Below, in pieces: positions 9,083 through 17,990 of a stretch of 64,000 bases of DNA. The DNA is taken from the IMG/VR virus record IMGVR_UViG_3300014720_000002; one strand, given 5' to 3'. The notes beneath the pieces were generated by a model. That model did not search any database. It saw nothing but the letters and a program-made list of their open reading frames with translations, and was not told the origin of the DNA. A program made the position numbers and the translations under genes. The number at the start of each line of letters is the position of its first letter. Within the stretch, counting starts at the first letter, position 1. The DNA comes from a virus.

Positions 9083-9669
9083 AGGGGCTGCATCGCTGGA
9101 TCCGGCATGTGGTGGTGCGCCAGCCGGAGATGAAGCAACAGCAGAGGTTTCCTGGACGCGGCGGGTTCAGGCTGCTGGCTGACGCCCTGCTGTTCATCGA
9201 AGCACACGCTCCGCTCTGGAAGCTGGATTACGCGCCGCCAGGGGTGGAGTCGATCGGCAGCCCAGCCTATTTACCAGGCTTCAGCTATTGTCCCGGTCGT
9301 GCGTTGTCGGAGGTGCAGCGGGAGCTTGATTACATGCTGGCCTGGCGGCATCCGGCTGGGTCGATCAGCCGATGGGGTGTGGTGTCAACGGACCATGCGC
9401 GACTGACGAACCTGGCCGACGAACTGCACATGCTATTCCCGCATCTGGTGCACCGGGTGGTGGAGGTCCCAGAGTTGGCGGAAGTCCCGTGGAGTTCCTG
9501 GGACGAGCCAGTGAACGGCACGCATCCGCTGTGGAAGCTGCCGCAGGTTCCGCTGGGAATTCAAGTTGTGCTGGGCGGACGCTGGATGAAGCACTCCGTG
9601 CCGGTGCCTACGCCGGCAGGGGCGGATGCGCAGACGGGTGAGTTGGGTGAGCGAAGCATGATTCTATGA
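9079..9669 (+). CDS. Hypothetical protein
   Basis: 196-aa ORF, ATGA overlap. Confidence 0.65.
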   Translation: MKGLHRWIRHVVVRQPEMKQQQRFPGRGGFRLLADALLFIEAHAPLWKLDYAPPGVESIGSPAYLPGFSYCPGRALSEVQRELDYMLAWRHPAGSISRWGVVSTDHARLTNLADELHMLFPHLVHRVVEVPELAEVPWSSWDEPVNGTHPLWKLPQVPLGIQVVLGGRWMKHSVPVPTPAGADAQTGELGERSMIL

Positions 9670-10088
9670 TGAGTGAACCGTTGGCGGAAGGTCATCTGAG
9701 ACTGAGAGACAGGGAGGGCTGTGACCACGGAGTGCTGGAGGATCTGTTCAGCCGCATCTCCCGGCATCTGCTGAAGCAGAACGCCAAGGCCAAGAACGAC
9801 AAGGGCGCCTGCCGGTATTTTCAGCCCGACACCGGGCGCAAGTGTGCGGTGGGCTGCCTCATCCGGCCGGACACCTACGTGGAGACCATTGAGGGCTGCG
9901 AAGTGGACAGCGATGAAGTTCGTCAGGTGCTGGAACACTCTGGCGTGAGTGTCGCCCATCGGGCGGTTCGTGATCTGCTGATCCTGCTGCAGCGGGTGCA
10001 CGATCACGAGGATGTCGAGGACTGGGCGCATGTGCTGACGCACATGGCCAAGGAAAACGGATTTGAAATGCCATGCCTAAAGAACTGA
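9666..10088 (+). CDS. Phage protein (CRY...CAVGCLI type); paralog of 13978-14439
   Basis: FSRISRHLLKQ...CRY...CAVGCLI...LQRVHD. Confidence 0.7.
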   Translation: MMSEPLAEGHLRLRDREGCDHGVLEDLFSRISRHLLKQNAKAKNDKGACRYFQPDTGRKCAVGCLIRPDTYVETIEGCEVDSDEVRQVLEHSGVSVAHRAVRDLLILLQRVHDHEDVEDWAHVLTHMAKENGFEMPCLKN

Positions 10089-10282
10089 CTTACGGCGATC
10101 TGCTCAGCCAGACCGGCACCGCGGGTCCGCGGCCGTTCCTGCACTGCCCAGCGTGCGATACGCGCTACTCGGCCAACGCGGCCGACTACTGGGATCGCGA
10201 CAAGTGCGAGGTCATCCGCTGTTGGCGCTGTGAAGAGCCGTTGCTGCGGGTCCGAGAGGAAACCAGACTGGTGGAGACTTGA
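10073..10282 (+). CDS. Small zinc-finger protein
   Basis: HCPAC...CWRC. Confidence 0.65.
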   Translation: MPKELTYGDLLSQTGTAGPRPFLHCPACDTRYSANAADYWDRDKCEVIRCWRCEEPLLRVREETRLVET

Positions 10283-10584
10283 GCATGAACTTGCATATCG
10301 ACGCGGAAGATCTGGTCAGTGCGTTTGGACGGCAGTTGCTGGGTGTCCGGGTGTTTGTCCTTGAACCCCGGGGCGAGGTGCCTGCTGGTTGGGCCACGAT
10401 CCGGCAAGTTGTGCCTGACAAAGAGGAGCCAACCATCGTGCTGCAGGTGACCCAGGACAACTACGGGTCGATCGGTGTTTTTGACAACGAGCGGCTGATG
10501 GTCCCCATCAAGAAGGGGAAACGGCCAGGACAGTTCCAACTGTTGCATGCCGTGCCGTCCAAGCGTAAAGCCCGAAAAGCATGA
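10279..10584 (+). CDS. Hypothetical protein
   Basis: 101-aa ORF overlapping neighbours. Confidence 0.65.
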   Translation: MSMNLHIDAEDLVSAFGRQLLGVRVFVLEPRGEVPAGWATIRQVVPDKEEPTIVLQVTQDNYGSIGVFDNERLMVPIKKGKRPGQFQLLHAVPSKRKARKA

Positions 10585-11228
10585 AGCCAAAATTCTACAC
10601 CCCGCCGAAGTTCGAGTGGGACGGCCCTTATGACGGAGGCAAAAGCCCGCGCTGGTGCTGCCAGCACAAGGAACTGCGAGGGTTGGATGTGGTCGAGCCG
10701 CTGGGGAACAACAAAGGCTGTCTGCTGGTCTATTTCCGAAACGACCACCTGCAGGACTTGTTTGGCGAAGGCACAGGCGGTTCTACGCTGCTGGATGGAG
10801 ACCAGTTCAAGGACAAGGACGAGCTTGCGGGGTTCGCCCTGCGGCTGGTCCGCTGGCACGCCAAGGCGGTGGAGAAGGTGCCGGTGCCGACCGAGGTCAA
10901 GGCGCTGGTGGGCCGAATCCGCCACGAACTGCACGCGCAGGCGCAGAAGCTGCGCGAGCAGTGCGTCTATCACGAGATCCTGCGCCAGGCTGTGGACCGC
11001 GTGCTGCCGACCGTCGGGCTGGAGCCTTACGACGAACCAGGAGACCTGGCCGCCAATCTAATCCGCAAGCTCAACGAGTTCGTCCTGCCCTGCGATCCGC
11101 CCAAGTCGCCGCCCTTCTTCAGCGAGGGCAAGCTCTACGACCTGCTCGGCAAGACTGATGCCCGGGATGTGCTCAGCCTGATCGCCGAGGTGAAGCGCCG
11201 ACTGGACCCGGTGAGAGGTGCGCTATGA
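10581..11228 (+). CDS. Hypothetical protein
   Basis: 215-aa ORF, ATGA overlaps. Confidence 0.7.
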   Translation: MKPKFYTPPKFEWDGPYDGGKSPRWCCQHKELRGLDVVEPLGNNKGCLLVYFRNDHLQDLFGEGTGGSTLLDGDQFKDKDELAGFALRLVRWHAKAVEKVPVPTEVKALVGRIRHELHAQAQKLREQCVYHEILRQAVDRVLPTVGLEPYDEPGDLAANLIRKLNEFVLPCDPPKSPPFFSEGKLYDLLGKTDARDVLSLIAEVKRRLDPVRGAL

Positions 11229-11851
11229 AAGGCAAGCACAAGGACCGTCAGCCGGACACCATCCGGGCGGAGATCAAGCGCTGGGAAGATTACCTGGCGC
11301 AGCGCCTTCAGCAGCAGGTGGCCCGCGATGAGGAGTTGAAGCGCCTGCGGATGGAGGAAGAGCAGGTGAACAAGGAATGGCGGGCCAGGCAGGCCGAGTT
11401 TCGTGCTGCAGGCAGCCGGCGGTTTCAGTTACTGCAGGAGTTGGTCCGCCGGGACAACGCAGCAGTGCTGGAAAAGCTGACCGGATTGCGGAGCCAGCTT
11501 GCCCTGTCTGAGCGGGTGGCGGAAGGGTCACCACGGGTGCAGGCGTTCATCAAGGTCATCTCTCGCGGCATCGACTGGAGCGGGCGGTGGGTCTGTGTCT
11601 GGGAACAGGGTGACTTCTGCATACTCACCAAGCGCACCGGGTCGGTGTTCGCCGGCATCGGCTGTCGGGCCGTGGCGCCGGCCCTGCATGGACTCTACGA
11701 CCTGCGGAGGCTGGACCAGCCTGCTGACCACGGTGGTATCGCTGTTGGTCAGGCGCTGGAGCGGAAGTGCTGTCTGGCCAAGCAGGAGGGCGGTCGCCTG
11801 ACTCCGACCATGAAGCAGGAGTGGATCAAGGTGGCGGAAAGGAGTGCGTGA
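11225..11851 (+). CDS. Coiled-coil hypothetical protein
   Basis: E/Q/R-rich helical N-terminal half. Confidence 0.7.
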   Translation: MKGKHKDRQPDTIRAEIKRWEDYLAQRLQQQVARDEELKRLRMEEEQVNKEWRARQAEFRAAGSRRFQLLQELVRRDNAAVLEKLTGLRSQLALSERVAEGSPRVQAFIKVISRGIDWSGRWVCVWEQGDFCILTKRTGSVFAGIGCRAVAPALHGLYDLRRLDQPADHGGIAVGQALERKCCLAKQEGGRLTPTMKQEWIKVAERSA

Positions 11852-11853
11852 GC

Positions 11854-12144
11854 ATGGCAAAACCAACCATCTATCAAAAGGCCGTGGGCAAGTGCCCCGT
11901 CTGCGGCCGGTATCCAACCTGGTTCAACGACGTGCCGCTGACGGCCTTCTGCTGGGGACCGACCAAGGGCAGGCGCAACCACGAGAACCGCGAGGCCAGG
12001 TGCATCGTTCCCGGAAAGGCGCAGCCTTATGGGCGTGGTCCGAGGAAGGCGGTGTGGGCAGTGCAAGCAGCAATATGGATAAAGAAATCGAAGCAAGCTT
12101 CCACCAGCAGATCGAAGCGTTCCGTCAGTGTCGGACGAGGTTGA
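11854..12144 (+). CDS. Zinc-ribbon hypothetical protein
   Basis: MAKPTIYQKAVGKCPVCG..., GGAG upstream. Confidence 0.55.
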   Translation: MAKPTIYQKAVGKCPVCGRYPTWFNDVPLTAFCWGPTKGRRNHENREARCIVPGKAQPYGRGPRKAVWAVQAAIWIKKSKQASTSRSKRSVSVGRG

Positions 12145-12590
12145 TCGACTACAAGGCGCAGGTGTTTCCCAGGGAGCAGCCGGTGCAGGTGAACTGTGCA
12201 CGGTATCAGGGCACGGCCATTGTCATCCTGGACGCGGAGTGTCCGCCTGACATGCTGGCGGTGGGTCTGCCCAATGGAAACCACCACTGGTATCCGTTGG
12301 AGGCATGCACGCCGGCGAATTGGCCTGACCCCGAGCCGCCGGTCAGCGCGGGGACGGCGCTGTTGAAGTTCGGCGCACCGCCGGCTCGCCTACTCACCCG
12401 ACCAATCATCTCGGTGGATCGCCGCACGGGCAAGCTGGGAATCTTTGACGAGTTCGACCTGATCTGGGGTTTCCGGGCGTTCGAGGACGAGGCGCATGCC
12501 GTAGAGATGGCCAAGCTCTGGCTCAAGTCCTTCTGCAACCTGGATCCGGAGGTGGTGCATCCCAACGTGACCAAGATGAAAGTGAACTGA
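12075..12590 (+). CDS. Hypothetical protein
   Basis: Start re-called at MDKEIEASF. Confidence 0.65.
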   Translation: MDKEIEASFHQQIEAFRQCRTRLIDYKAQVFPREQPVQVNCARYQGTAIVILDAECPPDMLAVGLPNGNHHWYPLEACTPANWPDPEPPVSAGTALLKFGAPPARLLTRPIISVDRRTGKLGIFDEFDLIWGFRAFEDEAHAVEMAKLWLKSFCNLDPEVVHPNVTKMKVN

Positions 12591-13081
12591 TGACCAAAAT
12601 GCCGTTGGTAGTTCCGCGCATGCCGCTGGATGACGCCAAGCCCGACGGTTACATGGAGAGTCTTGACGACTGGATCAAGGCCAACCTGGAGGCGGTGAAG
12701 TGGTTCTTGGAGAACGCCACCGCGGTTAGCACGACTATGTCACCGGCCGTGCGCCTGGTGGTCATCCATTACCACTCCAAACCCGACCGTGCTGGTAACG
12801 TCTATTGGGCGTTCCGCTGCATCGAGCCGAGCACGGGTGGAATGGTGGAGGGCCGGCACGGCGGCGGCGACCCGAACCTGACCCAGGCGCTCTGGCGCAT
12901 GGCTGATGACAACTCTCCCGGCAGCAAGGTGCTGAGGATTCCAAAGGAACTGGGCATCCGTCAGTTTGCCCGGATGATCGACGAACCTGGCTGCGACATG
13001 GCCGGCACGTCCGGCGGTCAGATCTTGGACTACATCTCCAGCCGGATGCCGGCTGGCTTCTTGGAAAGGTTCAGAGCATGA
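12590..13081 (+). CDS. Hypothetical protein
   Basis: TGATG overlap, 163 aa. Confidence 0.7.
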   Translation: MTKMPLVVPRMPLDDAKPDGYMESLDDWIKANLEAVKWFLENATAVSTTMSPAVRLVVIHYHSKPDRAGNVYWAFRCIEPSTGGMVEGRHGGGDPNLTQALWRMADDNSPGSKVLRIPKELGIRQFARMIDEPGCDMAGTSGGQILDYISSRMPAGFLERFRA

Positions 13082-13212
13082 CGGACAAGGAAGAAATCGA
13101 ACGGTGGTTGGCCACGCTGCCCGACGGCATGCCGGTGGGTGTCGATGAAGGCGGCCTGACGCTGGTGGCAGAGGATGGGTCGTATTTGGAAGTCGGAGGA
13201 ATATCAGGATGA
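13078..13212 (+). CDS. Small acidic protein (44 aa, not in the ORF track)
   Basis: MTDKEEIERWLATLPDGMPVGVDEGGLTLVAEDGSYLEVGGISG*, ATGA overlaps at both ends. Confidence 0.65.
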   Translation: MTDKEEIERWLATLPDGMPVGVDEGGLTLVAEDGSYLEVGGISG

Positions 13213-13973
13213 GCACTCCAAAATGGGTGGCGCCCGCCGGCAGCCAGGAAGGGTATCAGGTGGCCCGGACCAAATTCGTAGCCCACGCACTGCTGGCCGA
13301 GTTCGTGTTACAGAAAGCGCAGCAGGAAGATCGGCCGCTTGAGGTGCTGTCATTTCCCGGCACGTCTTTTCAGTGGGAGCACATGCTGCATGCGGCATCG
13401 TCCGGAGAGATCCGGCTGACCGGGCTTGAGTCCAATCCGAAGGTGTTTCTGAAAGGCGAAACCAAGCTGGAGGCGCTGCAGATGCCGATGCGCTACATCC
13501 ACACTACGGACCTGAACTTCTGGAAGCAGGAAGGCGCGCAGAAGGACGTGGTGTGGCTGGACTACTGCGGACCGTGGTCCAAGCTCAAGATGGCCTCGGT
13601 CAAGGCCATGATAGCCAATCGGCGGCTACGTCACGGCCAGACCGGACCCTTGCTGGCCGTTACGCTCATGGATGGGATGGACTTCCAGACCATCGGCGAA
13701 CTGATGTTGCTGGCCAACACGAAGACCCGGCGATTCAAGGCCCGAGTGGGCGGGATACCGAAGTGGATTGACCAGGTGGCGCGCGAGCATGGCGGCGCGG
13801 CGGAGTTGAAGTTTCTGCTGCATTATCGTGATGGTTTGCGCAAGGCCACGCCCATGCTGACGTTCGTGCTTCAGTTGCACGACCGGCCGAAGAAATTCGA
13901 TGTTTGGAATGCTGCCACGATGGATCTTCTACAGGATCGCCTGACCGCCATCATCAACCGAATAGGAAGGTAG
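13209..13973 (+). CDS. Putative class I SAM-dependent methyltransferase-like protein
   Basis: EVLSFPG (motif I-like), LTGLESN (acidic strand-2 end), KDVVWLDYCG (DxxxxDxxG motif). Confidence 0.45.
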   Translation: MSTPKWVAPAGSQEGYQVARTKFVAHALLAEFVLQKAQQEDRPLEVLSFPGTSFQWEHMLHAASSGEIRLTGLESNPKVFLKGETKLEALQMPMRYIHTTDLNFWKQEGAQKDVVWLDYCGPWSKLKMASVKAMIANRRLRHGQTGPLLAVTLMDGMDFQTIGELMLLANTKTRRFKARVGGIPKWIDQVAREHGGAAELKFLLHYRDGLRKATPMLTFVLQLHDRPKKFDVWNAATMDLLQDRLTAIINRIGR

Positions 13974-13977
13974 CTGC

Positions 13978-14439
13978 ATGAACTACATCTCGGACGGGAC
14001 AGTGATCGATCAGCGCACCTACGACGGGCTGTGTGACATCTTCAACCGGGTGGCGAGCCATCTGCTGAAGCAGGCCCGGCGAGCCGTTGCGCACTCGGCC
14101 ACGGGCGGGATGGGCTGCCGCTATCGGTTGTGCGACGGACGGGCCTGCGCGGTCGGTTGTCTCATCACCGATCAGAATTATCATGACGGGCTGGAGCGCA
14201 AGAATTCCGATGACCCGCTGGTTGTTTCCGCCGTGACGGCCAGCCTCGGCCGGTCGCTCACCAAGCATGAGCAGCAGTTGCTGGAAGCGCTGCAGCATGT
14301 GCATGACATCGACCTGGCGACCTGGGGCGATGATTCCGGCATCCCAGCTTGGTCGATCGTGGCGTCGCTGAACCGGGTGGCGCACCGGTTTGACCTGCCT
14401 GGACTACCGAAACCCAAAGACGCACCAGCCGGCGTATGA
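13978..14439 (+). CDS. Phage protein (CRY...CAVGCLI type); paralog of 9666-10088
   Basis: FNRVASHLLKQ...CRY...CAVGCLI...LQHVHD. Confidence 0.7.
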   Translation: MNYISDGTVIDQRTYDGLCDIFNRVASHLLKQARRAVAHSATGGMGCRYRLCDGRACAVGCLITDQNYHDGLERKNSDDPLVVSAVTASLGRSLTKHEQQLLEALQHVHDIDLATWGDDSGIPAWSIVASLNRVAHRFDLPGLPKPKDAPAGV

Positions 14440-14816
14440 GCACTCCGAGACTGGAAATTCGGCAGCTTGGTCTGACGCACGTCACCCAAAGCTGCCCGTG
14501 GGGCCTCTACAGCCGTCACGGGCATCGACTGCTGTGCTCGGACGGACAGGTGCGCGCCGCCACTCTCGCCTCTACCCCGGACACGTTCTTCAGCGTGCCG
14601 GCGTCGGTGCGGGTGAAGGGCAAGACTGTCTCGGGCTACATGACGGTTGAGGAGGCTGGTGGCGGCAAGCTGCGTGCCTACGTGTTCCGCCATCATACGG
14701 CTCACCGGGACAAGCTGCCGGCCTGGCCTGACCGGTTCACTCCGGAGCATGAGAGGCTGGTGAACAGTGTGATTACGCATGATCAATCAAAAGGAACTGA
14801 CCGCGCTGGTCGCTGA
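14436..14816 (+). CDS. Hypothetical protein
   Basis: 126-aa ORF, ATGA overlap. Confidence 0.7.
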   Translation: MSTPRLEIRQLGLTHVTQSCPWGLYSRHGHRLLCSDGQVRAATLASTPDTFFSVPASVRVKGKTVSGYMTVEEAGGGKLRAYVFRHHTAHRDKLPAWPDRFTPEHERLVNSVITHDQSKGTDRAGR

Positions 14817-15093
14817 GGGGGCGACGCTGCTGGCGGTGTATCGGTTGCGGGAGGATGGCGATGGCGATTTCATCGCCTTGTTCGACATCGAGAACTGCGC
14901 GGAGCGGTTCGCCGACAATACCGGCGACGGTGCGGCTGTGTTGGCTGCCGTTGTTCAGGCCGGCCTTGCGGACGACGGCGAGGAAGCCGTGTGGGTCTGC
15001 TTCCAACGGATGGCTGATGTGGTGGACATTCTGGAGGGAGCCCAGGAACGGTGGGAAGCTCAACGTGAAAAGCCGCACAACCCCGTGCCGTGA
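14779..15093 (+). CDS. Hypothetical protein
   Basis: 104-aa acidic ORF. Confidence 0.65.
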   Translation: MINQKELTALVAEGATLLAVYRLREDGDGDFIALFDIENCAERFADNTGDGAAVLAAVVQAGLADDGEEAVWVCFQRMADVVDILEGAQERWEAQREKPHNPVP

Positions 15094-15373
15094 ATGTCCC
15101 TGGCGCCGAGCTTCGGCGCCAGGATGGCTGGGTAGCGAGCAGACGCCGGAGGAGTGGGTGAAGACAGCGCATGGTGAGGTGACCGTGGAATGCCACACGG
15201 AAGCGCCCAAGCTGTGTGCTGGCATCGCCATTTACCGCACCAACGTCGCCAAGAAACTTCGCAACGCCAGCGTGCCCATCCTGTCCGGCGATAAGTCTAA
15301 GGTGTTTGCTACGCCGGCGGAGTTCATCCAACACCACCGGTCTGGTGTGGTCAGCAGTGAGATCAAAACATGA
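15065..15373 (+). CDS. Cys-rich phage protein; paralog of 6900-7328
   Basis: TPCRECPW...PGWLG...ECH...LCAGIAIYRTN. Confidence 0.65.
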   Translation: MKSRTTPCRECPWRRASAPGWLGSEQTPEEWVKTAHGEVTVECHTEAPKLCAGIAIYRTNVAKKLRNASVPILSGDKSKVFATPAEFIQHHRSGVVSSEIKT

Positions 15374-15930
15374 GCAAACTTGATGCAGCGGTCGAAGAAG
15401 TGCAGCGCGCTTTGGAAGGGTTCACCGAGGACTGCTTGACCAATCATCCGGAACAACGGGTGGAACTGGAGGCGGCCTGGTTGCTTATCCGGCGTCGGCT
15501 GTTGCGCCTTCCCTCAGATGGGTTGCGATGTGGGGAGCGGTTGTATCTGGATGGCAATCTGCATGCGGTCTGCACTCAGCCAGGAGGGGTTGAGCACACG
15601 CATCACGATCTGGACGCTCAGCAGGCCATCGCGGCAGGGCTGGCCCGTCCGGCCTCGGACACAGATCGGCCGCATGCGCCAAGTGAGGTGCAGAACCAGC
15701 AGGTGGCTGAGTGGCCTTGGCAGGATGCCGGGGTGCATCCATTCTCTCCGCATGAACTTGGCCTGAGGGATAGCGAGGGCGCGCAAGACTGGATCAGCAA
15801 TGATGAGTTGGTAGGGTTGTCGGAGGCCCGCCCTGGCGGCATCATCGGCTACATTCATCGACTGCACGCCGACCGGATTGCCGGTCTTTTGAACCTGGCC
15901 GGGATGGTGGTTGAGAACGAACATGATTAA
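15370..15930 (+). CDS. Hypothetical protein
   Basis: 186-aa ORF, ATGA overlap. Confidence 0.65.
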   Translation: MSKLDAAVEEVQRALEGFTEDCLTNHPEQRVELEAAWLLIRRRLLRLPSDGLRCGERLYLDGNLHAVCTQPGGVEHTHHDLDAQQAIAAGLARPASDTDRPHAPSEVQNQQVAEWPWQDAGVHPFSPHELGLRDSEGAQDWISNDELVGLSEARPGGIIGYIHRLHADRIAGLLNLAGMVVENEHD

Positions 15931-16002
15931 CATGGTGGAACACATTCGGGCAGACCGGCGGTTGACTGCCCAGGCCAAGGTCAGTCAATTCTCTTGATCT
16001 AC

Positions 16003-16377
16003 ATGACCACCGAGGAACTCTTCGACGCGGTGGCGCCCATCGCCATCTACCACTGCACGGACGTGCGGTTCCAGCAGCGGGCCAAGGTTGGCCTGCGCAA
16101 GCTGAAGGCTGCCGGAGTGCAGCTTCCGGACGAACCGCTGGATGATTTGGCTGACTGGGCCAAGGACGAGCACGACCGGCTGTTCATTGAGATCGTCAGC
16201 GATCTCGCCCCGGAGTGGACCTGGGATTACGACCGCTGGGGTGCCAAGGCATGGAAAGATGAACGCGGCGCGCTGGTGTTCGCCGGTGACGCGCACGATC
16301 AGTTTCCTTGGTATGAGACGGCGGCTCTGCTGAAGGAGCGGGTGCTGGAGCATCAACTGGAGGGAGCGACGGCGTGA
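16003..16377 (+). CDS. Hypothetical protein (may extend to 15923 across a 1-nt frameshift)
   Basis: MTTEELFDAV...; upstream 24-codon ORF stops at TCTTGA in the adjacent frame. Confidence 0.65.
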   Translation: MTTEELFDAVAPIAIYHCTDVRFQQRAKVGLRKLKAAGVQLPDEPLDDLADWAKDEHDRLFIEIVSDLAPEWTWDYDRWGAKAWKDERGALVFAGDAHDQFPWYETAALLKERVLEHQLEGATA

Positions 16378-17030
16378 ACGACGAGCAACTGATCAGTTTG
16401 ATGGACAAGGTCGCGGAGGATCACGCCAGCCGAGGGCAGACCTACGCCGGCGGACCCTATCGCAAGCACCTGGAGGATGTGGAGCGCCTGCTGAGGACCG
16501 CCTGTAACGTCGCCTGGGTGGAAGAGGAGTCGGTCGGCGCTTTGCTTGCCGCCGGCATCCTGCACGACTGGTTCGAGGACTGCTTTGACGGGTCGCACAA
16601 GTTCTCACACTGGCGCCTGACCGGAACGCTGATTGACTGGCAGGGTGAGTTTGGCGTGCCAGCCGTCAGCCTGATGATGGCGCTGCGCTGCTCCGATCCG
16701 CCCGGCATGTCGCGACGTGAGGCCAAACGGGCTATCTTGCCGGTTATCGTGGCCTGCGAAGGTGCCCGGGCAGTCAAGCTGGCTGATCGGATGGCGAATC
16801 TGGAGCAGAGCATTGCTGACCGCAATCGAAAGCATCTGGAACGCTACATTGAAGAGGCTAGGCAGTTAGCGCCGGTGGCGGACCAGCTTGAGACTCCGGT
16901 TGATGCAGTGCAGGAGACTCGACACTACGCCCCGGTGCGAGACTACTTGGCTGGTTGCTATGCGGATGTCCTGGCTCGGGCCGCCGAGAGTTTTCATACT
17001 CTGCGCGGCCCGACCAATGCGGTGAAGTGA
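16374..17030 (+). CDS. RelA/SpoT-type HD-domain hydrolase (small alarmone hydrolase / Mesh1-like)
   Basis: H...Q...G.PY..HL..V, AGILHDWFED, AVKLADRMANL. Confidence 0.8.
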   Translation: MNDEQLISLMDKVAEDHASRGQTYAGGPYRKHLEDVERLLRTACNVAWVEEESVGALLAAGILHDWFEDCFDGSHKFSHWRLTGTLIDWQGEFGVPAVSLMMALRCSDPPGMSRREAKRAILPVIVACEGARAVKLADRMANLEQSIADRNRKHLERYIEEARQLAPVADQLETPVDAVQETRHYAPVRDYLAGCYADVLARAAESFHTLRGPTNAVK

Positions 17031-17373
17031 CGGTATTGGAACGCTTAGCCGCGTGCCGCCATGCCTAGCACAGGCTACGTGCGGTCCGGTCAGGTCTCGT
17101 AATGGTAAAGTGACGCAAAGTCGGGCTTCGTCGAGCGATGGCCGGGTGTGGTCAAGCAGGGTGTGGTGGTTCAAAGTTAAGGTGTCGCGTCGCCTAGTCA
17201 GGTCACGCGCCGGCAATGGATGGTGCCGTCCGGTTTAGCAGCGCAGCGGCATAGTGACGAAAAGGCCTGTAACGTGAAGCACAGGTAAGGTGCCGTGAGG
17301 CATGGTGAGGTCTGGCACAGGTAAAGCAGAGTCACGCGGGGTCCGGTTCAGGCGAGGATAGGTGGAGTCACGC
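17022..17373 (+). repeat. Periodic NNNGY array B
   Basis: G every 5th base (one miss, 17171); slips at 17033, 17074, 17105, 17141, 17182, 17213, 17249, 17285, 17321, 17352. Confidence 0.9.
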
Positions 17374-17376
17374 AGC

Positions 17377-17640
17377 ATGCAGATTCGATTGAAAGAACGC
17401 TGGCAGGCGTGGGTGGAGGTGTGGACCGCCATCCGCGCCTGCCATGCCGGCAGGAACGAGAAGCTGGAGGTGCGGCGCACCGGACAGGTCTGGGACGTCG
17501 GTGCCAGACAGTATCGCGAGCGGCTGGAGTTCCGGGCCGCCGACAACCCCGGCTGGGAAGGCTACAACCGCTCCCGGAACCTGCTGGCGACGAAGGTGCC
17601 GCGCCTGTCCAAGGCGCTGGAAAAGTTGAAGTGGATATGA
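17377..17640 (+). CDS. Hypothetical protein
   Basis: MQIRLKERW..., GGAG upstream at the end of array B. Confidence 0.65.
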   Translation: MQIRLKERWQAWVEVWTAIRACHAGRNEKLEVRRTGQVWDVGARQYRERLEFRAADNPGWEGYNRSRNLLATKVPRLSKALEKLKWI

Positions 17641-17990
17641 GCAAGAAGACGATGACCCTGGTGGTCGAGATCGAGTATGATGGGTTGGAAGGACCGTTCC
17701 GACCTGCCCTGGTGAACAAGCTCAAGGACCGGCTGCACGCCATGGTTGAGCGCGAGGCTGGCGAGGGCGGGCTGTCGCCGGACGATGGCAGTGTGGCCGT
17801 GGCAAGCTGGGACGCCCGGGTGGCTGATGGGCCGCTCACGCTGCTGAACCCGGCGCAGGTGCGCGATCTCAGCAAGCTGCTGGATTACACTGAGGCGGAT
17901 GAAGAGCGACACTACGAGGAGAGCAAACCCTGCCGCAACCACATCTGGCATTCGATTCGCCGGCTGAGGAAAGCTACACCCGAACCATGA
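17637..17990 (+). CDS. Hypothetical protein
   Basis: MSKKTMTLVVEIEY..., ATGA overlaps. Confidence 0.7.
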   Translation: MSKKTMTLVVEIEYDGLEGPFRPALVNKLKDRLHAMVEREAGEGGLSPDDGSVAVASWDARVADGPLTLLNPAQVRDLSKLLDYTEADEERHYEESKPCRNHIWHSIRRLRKATPEP

